In this document: positions 39,411 to 50,031 of the stretch, one piece after another
Layout: every line of letters begins with the position of its first letter
How positions within the stretch are numbered: the first letter of the stretch is position 1
NCBI GenBank assembly: GCA_965204755.1
Contig: OZ242011.1
Coordinates: forward strand, 768,001-832,000
Direction: 5' to 3'
DNA from: Candidatus Marinacidobacterium sp.
GTDB taxonomy: Bacteria; Acidobacteriota; Vicinamibacteria; Marinacidobacterales; Marinacidobacteraceae
DNA length: 64,000 bases
Notes under the pieces: model-generated
What the model was told of the DNA's origin: nothing
The model's input: only the letters and a program-made list of their open reading frames with translations
Database searches by the model: none
Made by a program: the position numbers and the translations under genes

Positions 39411-41135
39411 TTACTGGACGACTTGGGCCCTCACTTCCTTCAGCACGGCGAGCCGCTCCGCCAGGGTCGGGTCCGCCGATCCCATCCCCGCGGCCTTCTC
39501 GTAGTGCGCCGCCGCGTTGTCCACCCGCTCGTAGTCCGCCGCGCTGGCCGGGCAGCCCACTCCGGCGGCGGTCATCCGTTCGCCGAAACCGGCGTCCTTC
39601 AACCGGCAGGGGCCGTACTGCACCTGCGCCACTTCGGTCCAGGCGAGCATCCGGAACGGCTCGCCCCAAGTCGGCAGCGCCTCCGCCGCGGCGTTGAACT
39701 CGCCCTGCGCCCCGGCGAAGTCGTTCGTGCCCATGTATCCCTGACCGAGCGCGTAGTGCGCGAGCCCGAGATCGTTCGGGTCGCCGTCCTCGGGGAAGTT
39801 CGGGATCCCCTTCTGGAGTTGGGGCACCGCTTCCGCCACCTGCTGGTTGGAGAAGAGCGCGATCCCGTACTCGACGGCCGCGGACGGGTCTTCCGGAGCG
39901 GCCTCGACCGCCTTCTGCGCGGCGGCCAGCGCCCCGGCCACATCCTGGGACTGGCGGAGATGGCGCGCCTGCTGGTGGTAGGCCCGGCCGACCCCGGCCA
40001 TCGCGTCCTCCGACTCCGGATTCGCCGAGCGCGCTTCCTCCATGTGGGTCACCGCCGAGTCGAATTCCCGCGCCTCGATGGCGAACTCGCCGAGCGCCAG
40101 GTGCGCTTCCGCCCGGGCGCTCGGGGGCGAGTTGTCGAGCGCGACCACCCGCTGGTAGTAGGACTGCGCCTGGGAGGCGTTCCCCTGGGCCTCGTACACC
40201 TGGGCGAAGGCGAGGTTCGCGGCCGGGTCCTCGGCGTTGACGGTGATCGCCATGGCCAGGTCGCCGTAGGCCTCGGCCTGGTTGCCGAGGGCGTTGTTCG
40301 CGAGGCCGCGGATCCCGTAGGCCGAGGTCAACTGGTCGTTCCGGTCGAGCGCCTCGGTGGCCGACGCCACCGCCCGCTCGAAGTCCTCGCGGTCGAAGTA
40401 GATCTGGGCCAGCCCGGCGTGGGCGCGCGCGGTCTCCGGGTCGAGTTCGACGGCGCGGAGGAAGGACTGTTCCGCCGCGTCGGTGTCCCCGCCGGCGACG
40501 GACGCCTGCCCCAGCGTCGAGTGCGCCACGGCGCTGTCCGGGTCGAGTTCGAGCGCCCGGCGCGCCATGTCCGCCGCTTCGGCGAACTCCTCCTGCCGGG
40601 CCAGGCTGGCGCCCAGCGAGAGGTAGATGGCGGGGTCCGGGTTCGGGTTCAACTCCAGGACTTTCCGCCCGGCCTCGATGACCTGGAGGTCGTCCTCCAT
40701 CATCGAATAGGCGGCGGTCATCTCGGTCCACGCCTCGAGGACTTCGTCCGCATCCTCGAGCCCTTCGAGGGCCATCGAGTACGAAGTCGCCACATTTTCC
40801 CATTCCCCGAACTGCCGGTACACGCGGGCGAGTTCGAGGCGGACATCGTGCCGATCCGGATAGTCCTCGAGCACCCGGAGGAACCAGCCCCCGGCCTGGC
40901 TGAGGGCGGCCTGCTCCGCCTCCGCGTCCCCGTCGCGCGCCGCTTTTTCGGCGTCGTCGAGGAAGTCCTCGGCGAGATCCAGGGCGCGGGAGACCTCGCG
41001 CCGGGTGAGCGGCTCGCGCTCTTCCTCCTCCTGGGCGAAGCCCGGAGCGGCGACGGCGGCGAGGACGAAGCCGGAGACGGCGAAGAGGCGCAGTCGGCGC
41101 AGGGCGTGGGCGGCGAGCCCGGTCACATCAGACAT
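39411..41135 (-). CDS. Exported TPR repeat protein
   Basis: Signal peptide, many ALELDP..A.A...LG TPR units; start re-chosen at MSDV. Confidence 0.85.
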   Translation of the reverse strand: MSDVTGLAAHALRRLRLFAVSGFVLAAVAAPGFAQEEEEREPLTRREVSRALDLAEDFLDDAEKAARDGDAEAEQAALSQAGGWFLRVLEDYPDRHDVRLELARVYRQFGEWENVATSYSMALEGLEDADEVLEAWTEMTAAYSMMEDDLQVIEAGRKVLELNPNPDPAIYLSLGASLARQEEFAEAADMARRALELDPDSAVAHSTLGQASVAGGDTDAAEQSFLRAVELDPETARAHAGLAQIYFDREDFERAVASATEALDRNDQLTSAYGIRGLANNALGNQAEAYGDLAMAITVNAEDPAANLAFAQVYEAQGNASQAQSYYQRVVALDNSPPSARAEAHLALGEFAIEAREFDSAVTHMEEARSANPESEDAMAGVGRAYHQQARHLRQSQDVAGALAAAQKAVEAAPEDPSAAVEYGIALFSNQQVAEAVPQLQKGIPNFPEDGDPNDLGLAHYALGQGYMGTNDFAGAQGEFNAAAEALPTWGEPFRMLAWTEVAQVQYGPCRLKDAGFGERMTAAGVGCPASAADYERVDNAAAHYEKAAGMGSADPTLAERLAVLKEVRAQVVQ

Positions 41136-41352
41136 GGAAACCTCCGCGGAAACCTCGGCGGGACTGCCGGTGGAGGGCCAGCCCGCCGAAGCATCGTAGA
41201 ACAGCCGGGAGATTCCGGCAACTTGCCTCCGGGCGCGTTCGGTTCGGTCGGGCGATCCGGCCGCGGCGGCGGCTCTCCCGGATTCACCTTTCGCCGCGTC
41301 CGGTGGGCGGCGACCGGACTCGCCGCCCCCACTCCGTATAGTCCCGCCCGCT

Positions 41353-44300
41353 TTGGCCATCCGGTTCTTCACCAGTCCCCGCGCGGCGGAGCGGATCGCC
41401 GCGGCGCACCGGTTCCTGGACGGCGCGGCCGGCGGCGGAGACACCCGGCGGCCCGGCCCCGGCGGGGCGGAGAGCCCGGACGGAGCGAGGCAGCCGGGCT
41501 TCGTCGCGCTCGGGGCGGCGGACTACGCGGCCCGCGTGTTCTGCCGGGAGCGGGCGGCGCGGGACGGCGCGCTGGTCGGCGCCGTCGCCCGGGGGCTGGA
41601 CTCGCTGGCGCTCGAACTGGCGAAGCCGGAACTCGTCGCCGCCGGCCTCCGCGGCCCCTCCCGCGCGGCGGAACTCGCGGTGGTCACCCAAGTCGTCCAC
41701 GACGCCGGCAAGCGCGGCGAACTGGACCGGTTCTCGGCGGTCGCCGACGGGCCCGGCCTCGCCCGGCGGCTCCACCTGACCTTCTCGGAGTTCCGGGCGG
41801 CCGGGATCTCCCCGGCCCGCGTGGCCGCCGCGGGCGACGCCACCCTCGGCCGGCTCTACGGGGGGAGCGCCGCGGAGTGGGAGCGCGCCGGGTTCGCCGA
41901 CCGCAGCCGCGTGCTCGAAGCGGCGGCCCGCCGGCTGGAGGCCGGCGGGGGCCCGATCCCCGGGCGCCCGTTGGTGCTGCTGGATCCGAAACTCGGCGAG
42001 CCGCTGCTGCGCGCCTTCGTCTCCCGGCTGGCGGAACGGGCCGCCGAGGTGTTCGTCACCTGCCCGGAAGCCGACCGGGCGACCCTCGCGGCCCTCGAGG
42101 CGATGGGGGGACGGAGGACGGAGGCGCCGGGAGTCGGATCGTCCTCCGCCCGGGGGGGAGAGGCGGTCGTCAGCGCGGTGCAGCGTCGGCTGTTCCGGGC
42201 CGGAGCGGACGCGCCGGGCGAGAGTTCGGGGCGGGAGGCCGGGGAGCGGGTCGGGGAGGGCCTCTCGGTGATCGGGGCGCCGGGGCCGGCCGCCGAAGCG
42301 CTCGAGATCGCCCGCGTCTTCCTCCGGGAGGCCCGCCGCGGCGTCCGCTTCGACCGGATGGCGGTGCTCGTGGAGGACCCGCCGGCCTATGTCCCGGCCC
42401 TCGCCGAGGCGTTCGGGCGCGCCGCGGTCCCGGTGTTCTTCGAGACCGGGGCGGAACCGCCCTCCCGCGCCGGCCGGGCGTTCCTCGCCCTGCTGGACAC
42501 CGCGCTCGGCGGCCTGTCGGCCGAGGCGTTCCTGGAATACCTGTCCCTCGACGCGGACCGCCGCGGCGCCGGCCCGGACGAGGAGGAGGAGAAGGCCGGC
42601 GGCCCTGCCGCGCCGAAGGCCCCCCCGGGGGACGCCGCCGGGGGCGAGTCCGCCGAGCCGGGGGACGAACCCTCCGCGGCGGCGCGCCTCCGGGAGCAAC
42701 TGGTCCTGGAAGCCGGCGTGATCGGCGGACTCGACCGCTGGGAGCGGCGGCTGGAGCGGCTCGCCTCCCGGCTCGCCGAAGCAGAGCGGAAAGCGGCGGA
42801 CGATGCGGGGGCGGACGACGACGCAGCCGGGGAGCGCCGGCGGCGGCAGGAGGAACTCGCCCGCCTGCAGGCCGAGGCGCTGCCCGTCCTCCGGCGCCTC
42901 TCGAAACTGCCCGACGAAGCGACCCTCGGCGAGTGGGTCGAAGCGCTCGGGGGGCTCGCGCGCGCCGCCCTGCGCGACCCGGGCCCGGTGCTCGCCGCCC
43001 TCGGCGCCACCGCGCCGATGGCCGAATTCGGGCCGCTCGCGCTCGCGGAAGTCCGGCGCGAACTCGCCGACCGGCTGCTCGACGCGCGCGGCCGGAGTCC
43101 GGGCGAACGCCAGGGCCGGGTGCTCGTGGCGCCCATCGGGAAGGCGCGCGGGCTGGCCTTCGAGGTCGTGGCCCTCCCCGGCCTCTCGGAGGGCGCGTTC
43201 CGCAGCGGGCTGCGCGAGGACCCGATCCTCCCCGACCGCCTCCGGCGCGAGTTCGGCGACGACCTGGCGACCGGGCCCGACCGGCTGGAGGGCGTGCGGC
43301 TCCGGCTCTCCCTCGCCGCGGGCGCGGCGATCCGCCGCCTGGTGCTCTCCTACTCCTCGCTCGATGTGGTCGAGGGCCGCCCCCAAGTGCCCTCCTACTA
43401 CTTCGCGGAGGCGCTCCGCGCCGCGCTCGGGCGGACGCCCACGCTGGACGAGATCGCGGACCTCGCCGGTCGGGAGAGCGCGGTCCGCCGGGGGCTGCGG
43501 GCGCCGAAGCGGCCGGAGTGGGCGCTCGACCGGCGGGAGTTCGACCTGGCTTCGATCAGCCGGGCGCTGTCCCCCGAGGAAGACGCCGCGCGCGCCGCGC
43601 CTCCGGCGGGCGGCGGGTCGGGCGCCGCCGCCTACCTCCTCCGGGACGAACGGCTCGCCGCCGCGCTCCGGCAGGAATACATGCGCGACAGCCGGACCTG
43701 GCAGCCCGCCGACGGCTTCCTCCGGCCGGGGCCGGAAGCGGCGGCGGCGCTGGGGCGGCACCGGCCGACCGCGCGCGCCTACTCGGCCACCGGCCTCGAG
43801 GCCTACGCCAAGTGCCCCTACCGGTTCTACCTGAAGAACATCGCCCGCCTGCGCCCGGTGGAGCGGCCGGCGCCGCTGACGCAGGTGGACGCATTGACCC
43901 GCGGTTCGCTCGTCCACGAGGTGTTCTTCGAACTCGGCCAGCGAATGCGCGAACTCGGCCTGACCCCCCTGCCCGCCGAACGCCTCGACGAAGCGCTCCG
44001 CCTCCTCGACGAGGTCTTCGAACCGGTGGCGGCGTCCTTCCGCGAGGAGGCCGCGCCGGAGATCGAACGCATCTGGAACGACCAGTTGGACGGCCTGCGG
44101 AGCGACTTCCGGGGCTATCTCGAACGCGAGGCCGACAGCGGCTGGCGGGTGGTGGCGAACGAACTCACCTTCGGCATGGCCCCGGTGGGGCCGGCCGACC
44201 CGGCGAGCCGGCGGGATCCCGCGGTCCTGCCCGGCGGCCTGCGGCTCCGGGGCTCCATAGACGCCGTGGAGGAGGCGGCGGACGGGAAGCGCCGCGTCAC

Positions 44301-44715
44301 CGACTACAAGTCCGGGCGGGTCAATGTCCGCGCGAGCGAGGAGCGGCGCGCGCTCTTCGGCGGCGAAGCGCTGCAGCCGGCGCTCTACGCCTTCGCCCAG
44401 GAGGCGCTGACCGGAAAGCCGACCGAGGCCGGCCGGCTCTACTACACGACGCTGCGCGGCCAGTACCACCAGACCGTCGTGCCTACCGCCGAGGCGGAGG
44501 CGCGCGGCCTGCTGCTGCGCTTCACCGACTTCCTCGAGCGGGCGGTCGCGGAAGGGCGCTTCCCGGCGGCGCCCAACCCGAACGCCCGCTATTCGGAGTG
44601 CGCCTACTGCGACTACCTGTCGATCTGCGGCCCCGGCCCGGCGGCGTACGCGGAACGGAAGAACCCGGAGGGCCGGGCGCTCGCCGAGGTGCGCGAGGTC
44701 CGGGCGCTCCCGTGA
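41353..44715 (+). CDS. addB: AddB-like protein with C-terminal PD-(D/E)XK nuclease
   Basis: SATGLE.Y..CPYRF, RGSLVH, LRGSIDAV, VTDYKSG, LQ..LY, CAYCDY..IC Fe-S staple. Confidence 0.85.
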   Translation: MAIRFFTSPRAAERIAAAHRFLDGAAGGGDTRRPGPGGAESPDGARQPGFVALGAADYAARVFCRERAARDGALVGAVARGLDSLALELAKPELVAAGLRGPSRAAELAVVTQVVHDAGKRGELDRFSAVADGPGLARRLHLTFSEFRAAGISPARVAAAGDATLGRLYGGSAAEWERAGFADRSRVLEAAARRLEAGGGPIPGRPLVLLDPKLGEPLLRAFVSRLAERAAEVFVTCPEADRATLAALEAMGGRRTEAPGVGSSSARGGEAVVSAVQRRLFRAGADAPGESSGREAGERVGEGLSVIGAPGPAAEALEIARVFLREARRGVRFDRMAVLVEDPPAYVPALAEAFGRAAVPVFFETGAEPPSRAGRAFLALLDTALGGLSAEAFLEYLSLDADRRGAGPDEEEEKAGGPAAPKAPPGDAAGGESAEPGDEPSAAARLREQLVLEAGVIGGLDRWERRLERLASRLAEAERKAADDAGADDDAAGERRRRQEELARLQAEALPVLRRLSKLPDEATLGEWVEALGGLARAALRDPGPVLAALGATAPMAEFGPLALAEVRRELADRLLDARGRSPGERQGRVLVAPIGKARGLAFEVVALPGLSEGAFRSGLREDPILPDRLRREFGDDLATGPDRLEGVRLRLSLAAGAAIRRLVLSYSSLDVVEGRPQVPSYYFAEALRAALGRTPTLDEIADLAGRESAVRRGLRAPKRPEWALDRREFDLASISRALSPEEDAARAAPPAGGGSGAAAYLLRDERLAAALRQEYMRDSRTWQPADGFLRPGPEAAAALGRHRPTARAYSATGLEAYAKCPYRFYLKNIARLRPVERPAPLTQVDALTRGSLVHEVFFELGQRMRELGLTPLPAERLDEALRLLDEVFEPVAASFREEAAPEIERIWNDQLDGLRSDFRGYLEREADSGWRVVANELTFGMAPVGPADPASRRDPAVLPGGLRLRGSIDAVEEAADGKRRVTDYKSGRVNVRASEERRALFGGEALQPALYAFAQEALTGKPTEAGRLYYTTLRGQYHQTVVPTAEAEARGLLLRFTDFLERAVAEGRFPAAPNPNARYSECAYCDYLSICGPGPAAYAERKNPEGRALAEVREVRALP

Positions 44716-47700
44716 GCGCGTCCCCGACAGCCGCCGCGCGGGCGGCGCCGCCGCTCCCGGCCGAGCCCCGTTCCGGGCGGAGCGAAGGGAGTCTCCCGGA
44801 CGCCCCGGCGAGGCGGCGCATCGCCACCGACCTCGACACCACGCTGGTCGTGGAAGCCGCCGCCGGCACCGGCAAGACCACCGCGCTCGTCTCCCGCGTG
44901 GTGGAACTCGTCCGGTCGGGGCGGGCGAACATGGCCGGCGTCGCCGCGATCACCTTCACCCAGCGCGCCGCCGGCGACCTGCGCCTGCGCATCCGGCAGG
45001 GCCTCGAAGCGGAGATCGCCCGGGGCGCCGGGCCGGCGGAGGCGCGGCGGATGGAGGAGGCGATGAGCGAGTTGGAGGAAGCCTCCATCGGCACGATCCA
45101 CGCCTTCTGCAGCACGCTGCTCCGCGAGCGCCCGCTCCCGGCCGGGGTGGACCCGGACTTCGAGGTCCTGAGCGGCGGCGAACAGGCGGCGTTCTTCGAG
45201 CCGCTCTTCCGGGCCTACCTGCGGAGGCAACTGGAAAACCCCGGGCCGGGCGTGGCGCGGCTCCTCCGGCGGAACCGCGACCCGAGGGCCGACCCGGTCC
45301 GCCTGCTCCGGAGCGCGGCGTTCCGCCTGCTCGAACACCGGGACCTCGACGCGCCGTGGTCGCGCCCGCCGCGCGATGCCGAGGCGGCGGTGCGGCGACT
45401 GCTCTACGAAGACGAACTCAACGAGGACGAGACGGAGATCACCGGGGCCTGCCTCTCCACGCTCGCCGGCGCGCACCGCCTGCTGCCGCCGGAAACGCCG
45501 GGCCAAAGACCGAACTGGCTCCACCGGTCGATGGCGGACGCCGCCGAACTCGAGCGGGACATCGCGATCCGGAAGCAAACCGGACGGTGGGATCACGACT
45601 GGGTGGAGCAGGCGCTCGCCACCTTGGAGTTGAAGGAATACGGCGGGCGGCCTCCGGCCCGGGACACGGCCGCGAAACTGCTGCGCGCGTTCCCGCTGTT
45701 GCCGGTAAAGATCGTCCGGCAGCAGATGCAGGTCGATCTGAACGGATTGCGCGACGGCTTCGTGGCGCGGCTCGAGAAGTTCCGGGAGATGGCCGGCGCC
45801 GACCTGGCGGCGCTCCTCAGGGAAGACCTGCGCCCGCTGCTGGGCGAATACCGACGAACGACGGGCGGCGGAGACCCGGAACCGGAAGCGGCGGACCGAA
45901 TCGCCAGCGACGAAGCGGAAGACGACTCGGAAAAGACGCTGACCGGTTACGAGGAAGCGAAGCGGGCGGCGGGCCGGTTGGACTTCGAGGACCTGCTGCT
46001 CCGCGCGCGCGACCTGCTGCGGGACGATCCGGGAGCGCGCGAAGAACTCCGGTCCCGGTTCACCCACATCCTGGTGGACGAATACCAGGACACCGACCCG
46101 GTGCAGACCGAGATCCTGTTCCTGCTGACCGCCGCCGAGGAGCCTCCCGGCGGCGACTGGCGCCGGGCGGTTCCGACGCCGGGGCGGCTCTTCCTGGTCG
46201 GCGACCCGAAACAGTCCATCTACCGCTTCCGCCGCGCCGATGTCCGGCACTACCTGCAGGTCAAGGAGCACCTGCTGGCGCGCGGCGCCGCGGAAGTCCG
46301 GCTCACCACGAACTTCCGCTCGGTCCCCGAAATCTGCGAGTTCGTGAACGGCGTCTTCGCGCCCCTGTTCGGGGCGGCCGGCGGCAGCGCGCCTGAAGGG
46401 GCGCGGCCGGCCGCAGAGTCCGACGATCCGGAAGAGGAAGACGACCGCGAAGCGAGGCAGGTGGAGTACGCGCCGATCGAAGCGCGGCGCAGTCCGGTCG
46501 GAAACCAGGCCGCGCTGGCGGCGATCCCGGTGCCGGACGGGGGAGACCTGGCCCGGAACGCGCGCGAGATCGAGCGGGCCGAGCCCGCCGCGGTGGCCCG
46601 TTTCGTAGCGCGGCTGCTGAAGAGCGGCCTCGAAGTCTCCGATCGGAGGGTTGCCCGCCGACCGGTGGAGCCGAGCGACATCTGTCTCCTGTTCCGGAGG
46701 TTCCGCGCGTTCGGCCGGCTGATTCCCCAGGCCTACGCGGACGCGCTGCAACAGCGCGACATCCCCCAGGCGCTGGCGGCGATTCCCGGTTACACCGGCA
46801 GCGCGGAGATCCGCGCGATGCGCGCCGCCCTCACCGCCGTCGAATACCCCGACGACGAACTCCATACCTACGCGACGCTGCGCGGGCCGCTGTTCGCGTT
46901 CTCCGACGAGGAGTTGTTCCTCTACCGGGAGCGCGGCGGGCGCCTCTGCCCCGGCGCCCCCGGCCCGCCGCCGGAAAATCCCGGCCCGCCGCCGGAGAAC
47001 CCCGGCCCGCCGCCGGAAGACGCGGACGCGTCCGACCGCGCGATCCGGGACGCCCTCGGTTTCCTCGACGAGTTGCACCGCGACCGCAACCGGCGGCCGG
47101 TTTCGCACACCATCCAGGCTCTCCTCTCCCGCCACCGCGCCGAAACCGCCTTCGCCTTCCGGAAGTCGGCGGACCAGGTGCTGGCGAACCTCCGCCGGCT
47201 GACGCAGTCGGCGCGGGAGTTCGAAGCCGACGGCGGCCTGTCGTTCCGCGCGTTCGTCCGCCGACTCGACGACGAGGCCAACGACGCGGACTACGGCGCC
47301 ATGCACGCCTTCGACCCGGATGTGCGCGGCGTGCGCTTTTCGACCGTGCACTCCGCGAAGGGACTGGAGTTCCCGGTCGTCATCCTGGTGGACACTCCCT
47401 GCCGGCGCGAGGGCCGGGCGCAACGCGTGGTCCGCCCGAAGGAGAAACTCCACGCCTGCGACCTCGGCGACGGAATCCGCCCGCTCGAACTGCTGAAGGC
47501 CCGCAAGTCGGAAGAGCGCGAAGATGTGCTCGAGTTGGACCGCACGCTCTATGTCGCCGCCACCCGCGCCCGCGACCTGCTCGTCACCGTCCGCCCCTCC
47601 GCCCAACACGACATGGACCGGAGTTGGCTGCGCCCGGTGTACGACCGGATGCCCGAACCGGACGAAGACCGGGAGGCCGGCGTCCGCGAAACCGGGTACG

Positions 47701-48521
47701 AAGACGCCGCCCCCCGAACCGGGCAGCCGGATTCGCCGCCCGCCGACCCGACCGCGCGCCGCTGGAGCCTGCTCGCGCGCGACGCCGGAGCCGAGGGGGA
47801 CGACGGAGACGGCGGCTTCGGGGCCTTCCTCGAACGGCGGGCGGACACGCTGGCGCGGGGAAGCGTTCCGACGACGCCCGTCATTCGCGCCGACCGCTAC
47901 GCCCGCCGCGACTTCCCCCCCGACGAAGTCGCGATCCACCAACTGCCGCGGGCGCCGGGCCGCCCCCGGGGCGCCGCGTTCGGGGAACTGGTGCACCGCA
48001 TCCTGGAGCGCGCGCCCTTCGACGGCGCGGAGGAGGAAACGCCGGCCCGCCTCGCCCCGCTGCTCGCCGCCGAGTACGACCTCGACCAAGCCCTCGCGGC
48101 GCCGGCCGCCGCCGCGGCGGAGGCCGCGCTCGACCACGAAGTGCTTCGCAGCGCCCGCCGCGCGGCGGAGCGCGGCGCCTGCTTCCGCGAGTTCCCGATC
48201 TACCTGCGGGAGGACCGCCCCGCCCCGGAAGAACCCCCCGCCCCGGAAGAACCCGGAACCGGCAACGGCGCCGAAACGGACAGCGCCGAACCGAACGGCG
48301 CGCTCCTCATCGAGGGCAAGGTGGACCTGCTGTTCCAAGCCGAGGACGGCGCCCCGTGGACGGTCGTGGAATTCAAGACCGGCAGCGAACCCGCGGACGC
48401 GGCGACTTCACCGGAAGCCGAAGCCGCGCTCGACCGCTGCCGCCGCCAAGCCACCATCTACGCCCGCGCCGTCTCCCGCGCCACCGGCGAACCCGCGCAC
48501 CCGGTCCTCCTGTTCGTGTAG
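44712..48521 (+). CDS. addA: AddA-like UvrD/SF1 helicase-nuclease
   Basis: AAAGTGKT, TIHAF, VDEYQDT, VGDPKQSIYRFR, NFRS, TVHSAKGLEFP, LYVAATRARD, C-terminal nuclease; GTG overlaps the addB stop. Confidence 0.9.
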   Translation: MSASPTAAARAAPPLPAEPRSGRSEGSLPDAPARRRIATDLDTTLVVEAAAGTGKTTALVSRVVELVRSGRANMAGVAAITFTQRAAGDLRLRIRQGLEAEIARGAGPAEARRMEEAMSELEEASIGTIHAFCSTLLRERPLPAGVDPDFEVLSGGEQAAFFEPLFRAYLRRQLENPGPGVARLLRRNRDPRADPVRLLRSAAFRLLEHRDLDAPWSRPPRDAEAAVRRLLYEDELNEDETEITGACLSTLAGAHRLLPPETPGQRPNWLHRSMADAAELERDIAIRKQTGRWDHDWVEQALATLELKEYGGRPPARDTAAKLLRAFPLLPVKIVRQQMQVDLNGLRDGFVARLEKFREMAGADLAALLREDLRPLLGEYRRTTGGGDPEPEAADRIASDEAEDDSEKTLTGYEEAKRAAGRLDFEDLLLRARDLLRDDPGAREELRSRFTHILVDEYQDTDPVQTEILFLLTAAEEPPGGDWRRAVPTPGRLFLVGDPKQSIYRFRRADVRHYLQVKEHLLARGAAEVRLTTNFRSVPEICEFVNGVFAPLFGAAGGSAPEGARPAAESDDPEEEDDREARQVEYAPIEARRSPVGNQAALAAIPVPDGGDLARNAREIERAEPAAVARFVARLLKSGLEVSDRRVARRPVEPSDICLLFRRFRAFGRLIPQAYADALQQRDIPQALAAIPGYTGSAEIRAMRAALTAVEYPDDELHTYATLRGPLFAFSDEELFLYRERGGRLCPGAPGPPPENPGPPPENPGPPPEDADASDRAIRDALGFLDELHRDRNRRPVSHTIQALLSRHRAETAFAFRKSADQVLANLRRLTQSAREFEADGGLSFRAFVRRLDDEANDADYGAMHAFDPDVRGVRFSTVHSAKGLEFPVVILVDTPCRREGRAQRVVRPKEKLHACDLGDGIRPLELLKARKSEEREDVLELDRTLYVAATRARDLLVTVRPSAQHDMDRSWLRPVYDRMPEPDEDREAGVRETGYEDAAPRTGQPDSPPADPTARRWSLLARDAGAEGDDGDGGFGAFLERRADTLARGSVPTTPVIRADRYARRDFPPDEVAIHQLPRAPGRPRGAAFGELVHRILERAPFDGAEEETPARLAPLLAAEYDLDQALAAPAAAAAEAALDHEVLRSARRAAERGACFREFPIYLREDRPAPEEPPAPEEPGTGNGAETDSAEPNGALLIEGKVDLLFQAEDGAPWTVVEFKTGSEPADAATSPEAEAALDRCRRQATIYARAVSRATGEPAHPVLLFV
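46959..47020 (+). repeat. In-frame 21-bp tandem repeat (PGPPPEN x3) within addA
   Basis: CCCGGCCCGCCGCCGGARAAY units. Confidence 0.85.
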
Positions 48522-48564
48522 AGCCGGGCGGCGCTCGACCGCGCGCCGGGGCGCCGGCGCGCCG

Positions 48565-49683
48565 CTACCGCGCTCGGGTGTGCGCCCGGATGTAGTCCAT
48601 GAGGCTCGGGATTCCCGGTTCCCACTCCGGGGTAGGGCCCGGCCGCCAGACGAAGCCGAGATGTCGAAGCGTGCGCTTTGCTGCCGCGATGTCGGCGGCC
48701 GGCCCGTCCCCGATCACTCCTCGCGCGATGTCGTCGAGCGCCGGCGCCGAGAGCGTTGCGCCCTTCCCGAAAGCCTCGGCGACGGCCCGCGCCACCGGCA
48801 GCAGGTCTTCGGCCTCGAGTTCTTCGTAGCGCGCCAGGTAGTACAGGCCACGCTCCCGCTCGAACGCCGGCCGCGCGGCTTCCACATCGGGGACCGAAAC
48901 GCTCGAACGACCGGAACTCCGCGCCCGCCGCCAAACGAGACTGCCCCAGATCTGGAGGAAATACGGATAGCCGTGGCTCTGGCCGACGATCTCCTCCAGC
49001 GCCGCTGCCGCGATCCCCACGCCGGCGCTCCGCAACGGTCGCTCGACCGCCGAAGACGACGAAGCCGGGTCGAGCCGATTGATCGGGAGTTGACGCGCCC
49101 GAGACCAGAAGGAAGCCCCCATGCCCGAGAGGCGGTCCCGAATGTCCGGGGTCCCGGCGAGAACGAGCAGGAGGGGCCACTTCGCCGCAACTTGCTGGCT
49201 GGCGTTCAGCAACTCCCTGCCGACCTCCACGCCCAGCGTGTGGGCCTCGTCCAGCAGAACGACCAGCGGCTTCCGACTCGCCCGGGCTCGAAGGACCTCG
49301 TAGGCGGGAGGCGTCTCGCGGTGCCCGGGCCGCCATTTGAGTCCGGCCAACGAAACCTCATCGGGAGTCAGGGTTTCCCACCAGGAGGTAGGCAGCAGCC
49401 GCTCGGCGAGTTCCGCCGAACTCCCGACGACACTCGGAGTGAAGCGTGCGACTTCTACACCGGCGTTCGCTTCGAGTTGGCGCTCGAGCCAAACGAGCAG
49501 GGTCGTCTTCCCGTTACCGCGCGGGCCGTACAGGATCACTTCGCCGGGGGGCGGCACGCGGTCTTCCAAATCCGCGACCAACGCCAGGAGCACTTCCTGC
49601 TCGGCGCCACGCCCCGCCAAATGCGGCGGCAAACGACCGTCGCCCGGTCGGAACAGCCCAGAGGACCGGCGCGCTTCGGCCAT
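48565..49683 (-). CDS. P-loop ATPase (AAA_16 / STAND-like)
   Basis: PPHLAGR..E, Walker A GPRGNGKT, Walker B VVLLDEAH, S.GYPYFLQ. Confidence 0.85.
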   Translation of the reverse strand: MAEARRSSGLFRPGDGRLPPHLAGRGAEQEVLLALVADLEDRVPPPGEVILYGPRGNGKTTLLVWLERQLEANAGVEVARFTPSVVGSSAELAERLLPTSWWETLTPDEVSLAGLKWRPGHRETPPAYEVLRARASRKPLVVLLDEAHTLGVEVGRELLNASQQVAAKWPLLLVLAGTPDIRDRLSGMGASFWSRARQLPINRLDPASSSSAVERPLRSAGVGIAAAALEEIVGQSHGYPYFLQIWGSLVWRRARSSGRSSVSVPDVEAARPAFERERGLYYLARYEELEAEDLLPVARAVAEAFGKGATLSAPALDDIARGVIGDGPAADIAAAKRTLRHLGFVWRPGPTPEWEPGIPSLMDYIRAHTRAR

Positions 49684-49778
49684 GCCCGTCAGTATAGGAG
49701 GCGCCCCGGCCCGTGGGTGCGAGAGAACGGGCGACCGGGTGATGAGTACGGACCCCGATCGGTAGCGCGGCGGCCTAT

Positions 49779-50000
49779 CAGCCCGGGGAAAAAGCGCCCC
49801 GCCGTCCACTCCTCGACGCGAGGGGGCCAAGGTCCGCGTTCCGTTTCGCGGTGGGGCGCTCTTCCCACGGGCCGGCGGCGCGAATCGCTGCGCGACTGCC
49901 CCCGCCATCTGTCGCGGGGAGGGGGCCACCGCCTCCCGGTGCCCCTGCCCGGTCGGCGCTTCGCGCCCACGGAGGCTCTCCGGACTTTCTCCACGGGCTG
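49779..50000 (-). mobile_element. MITE-like element, copy 2
   Basis: Ends CAGCCCGGGGAAAAAG ... CTTTCTCCACGGGCTG; homologous to 11130-11307 with an extra ~44 bp internal segment. Confidence 0.75.
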
Positions 50001-50031
50001 CTGTCCAGAAACCGCCGCGGCCGATTCCTAC

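Noticed and set aside
38982-48521. 3179 aa giant ORF
   Set aside because: Only the part from GTG 44712 is AddA-like. The upstream part is stop-free GC-rich shadow frame overlapping the TPR gene (antisense) and addB (other frame).
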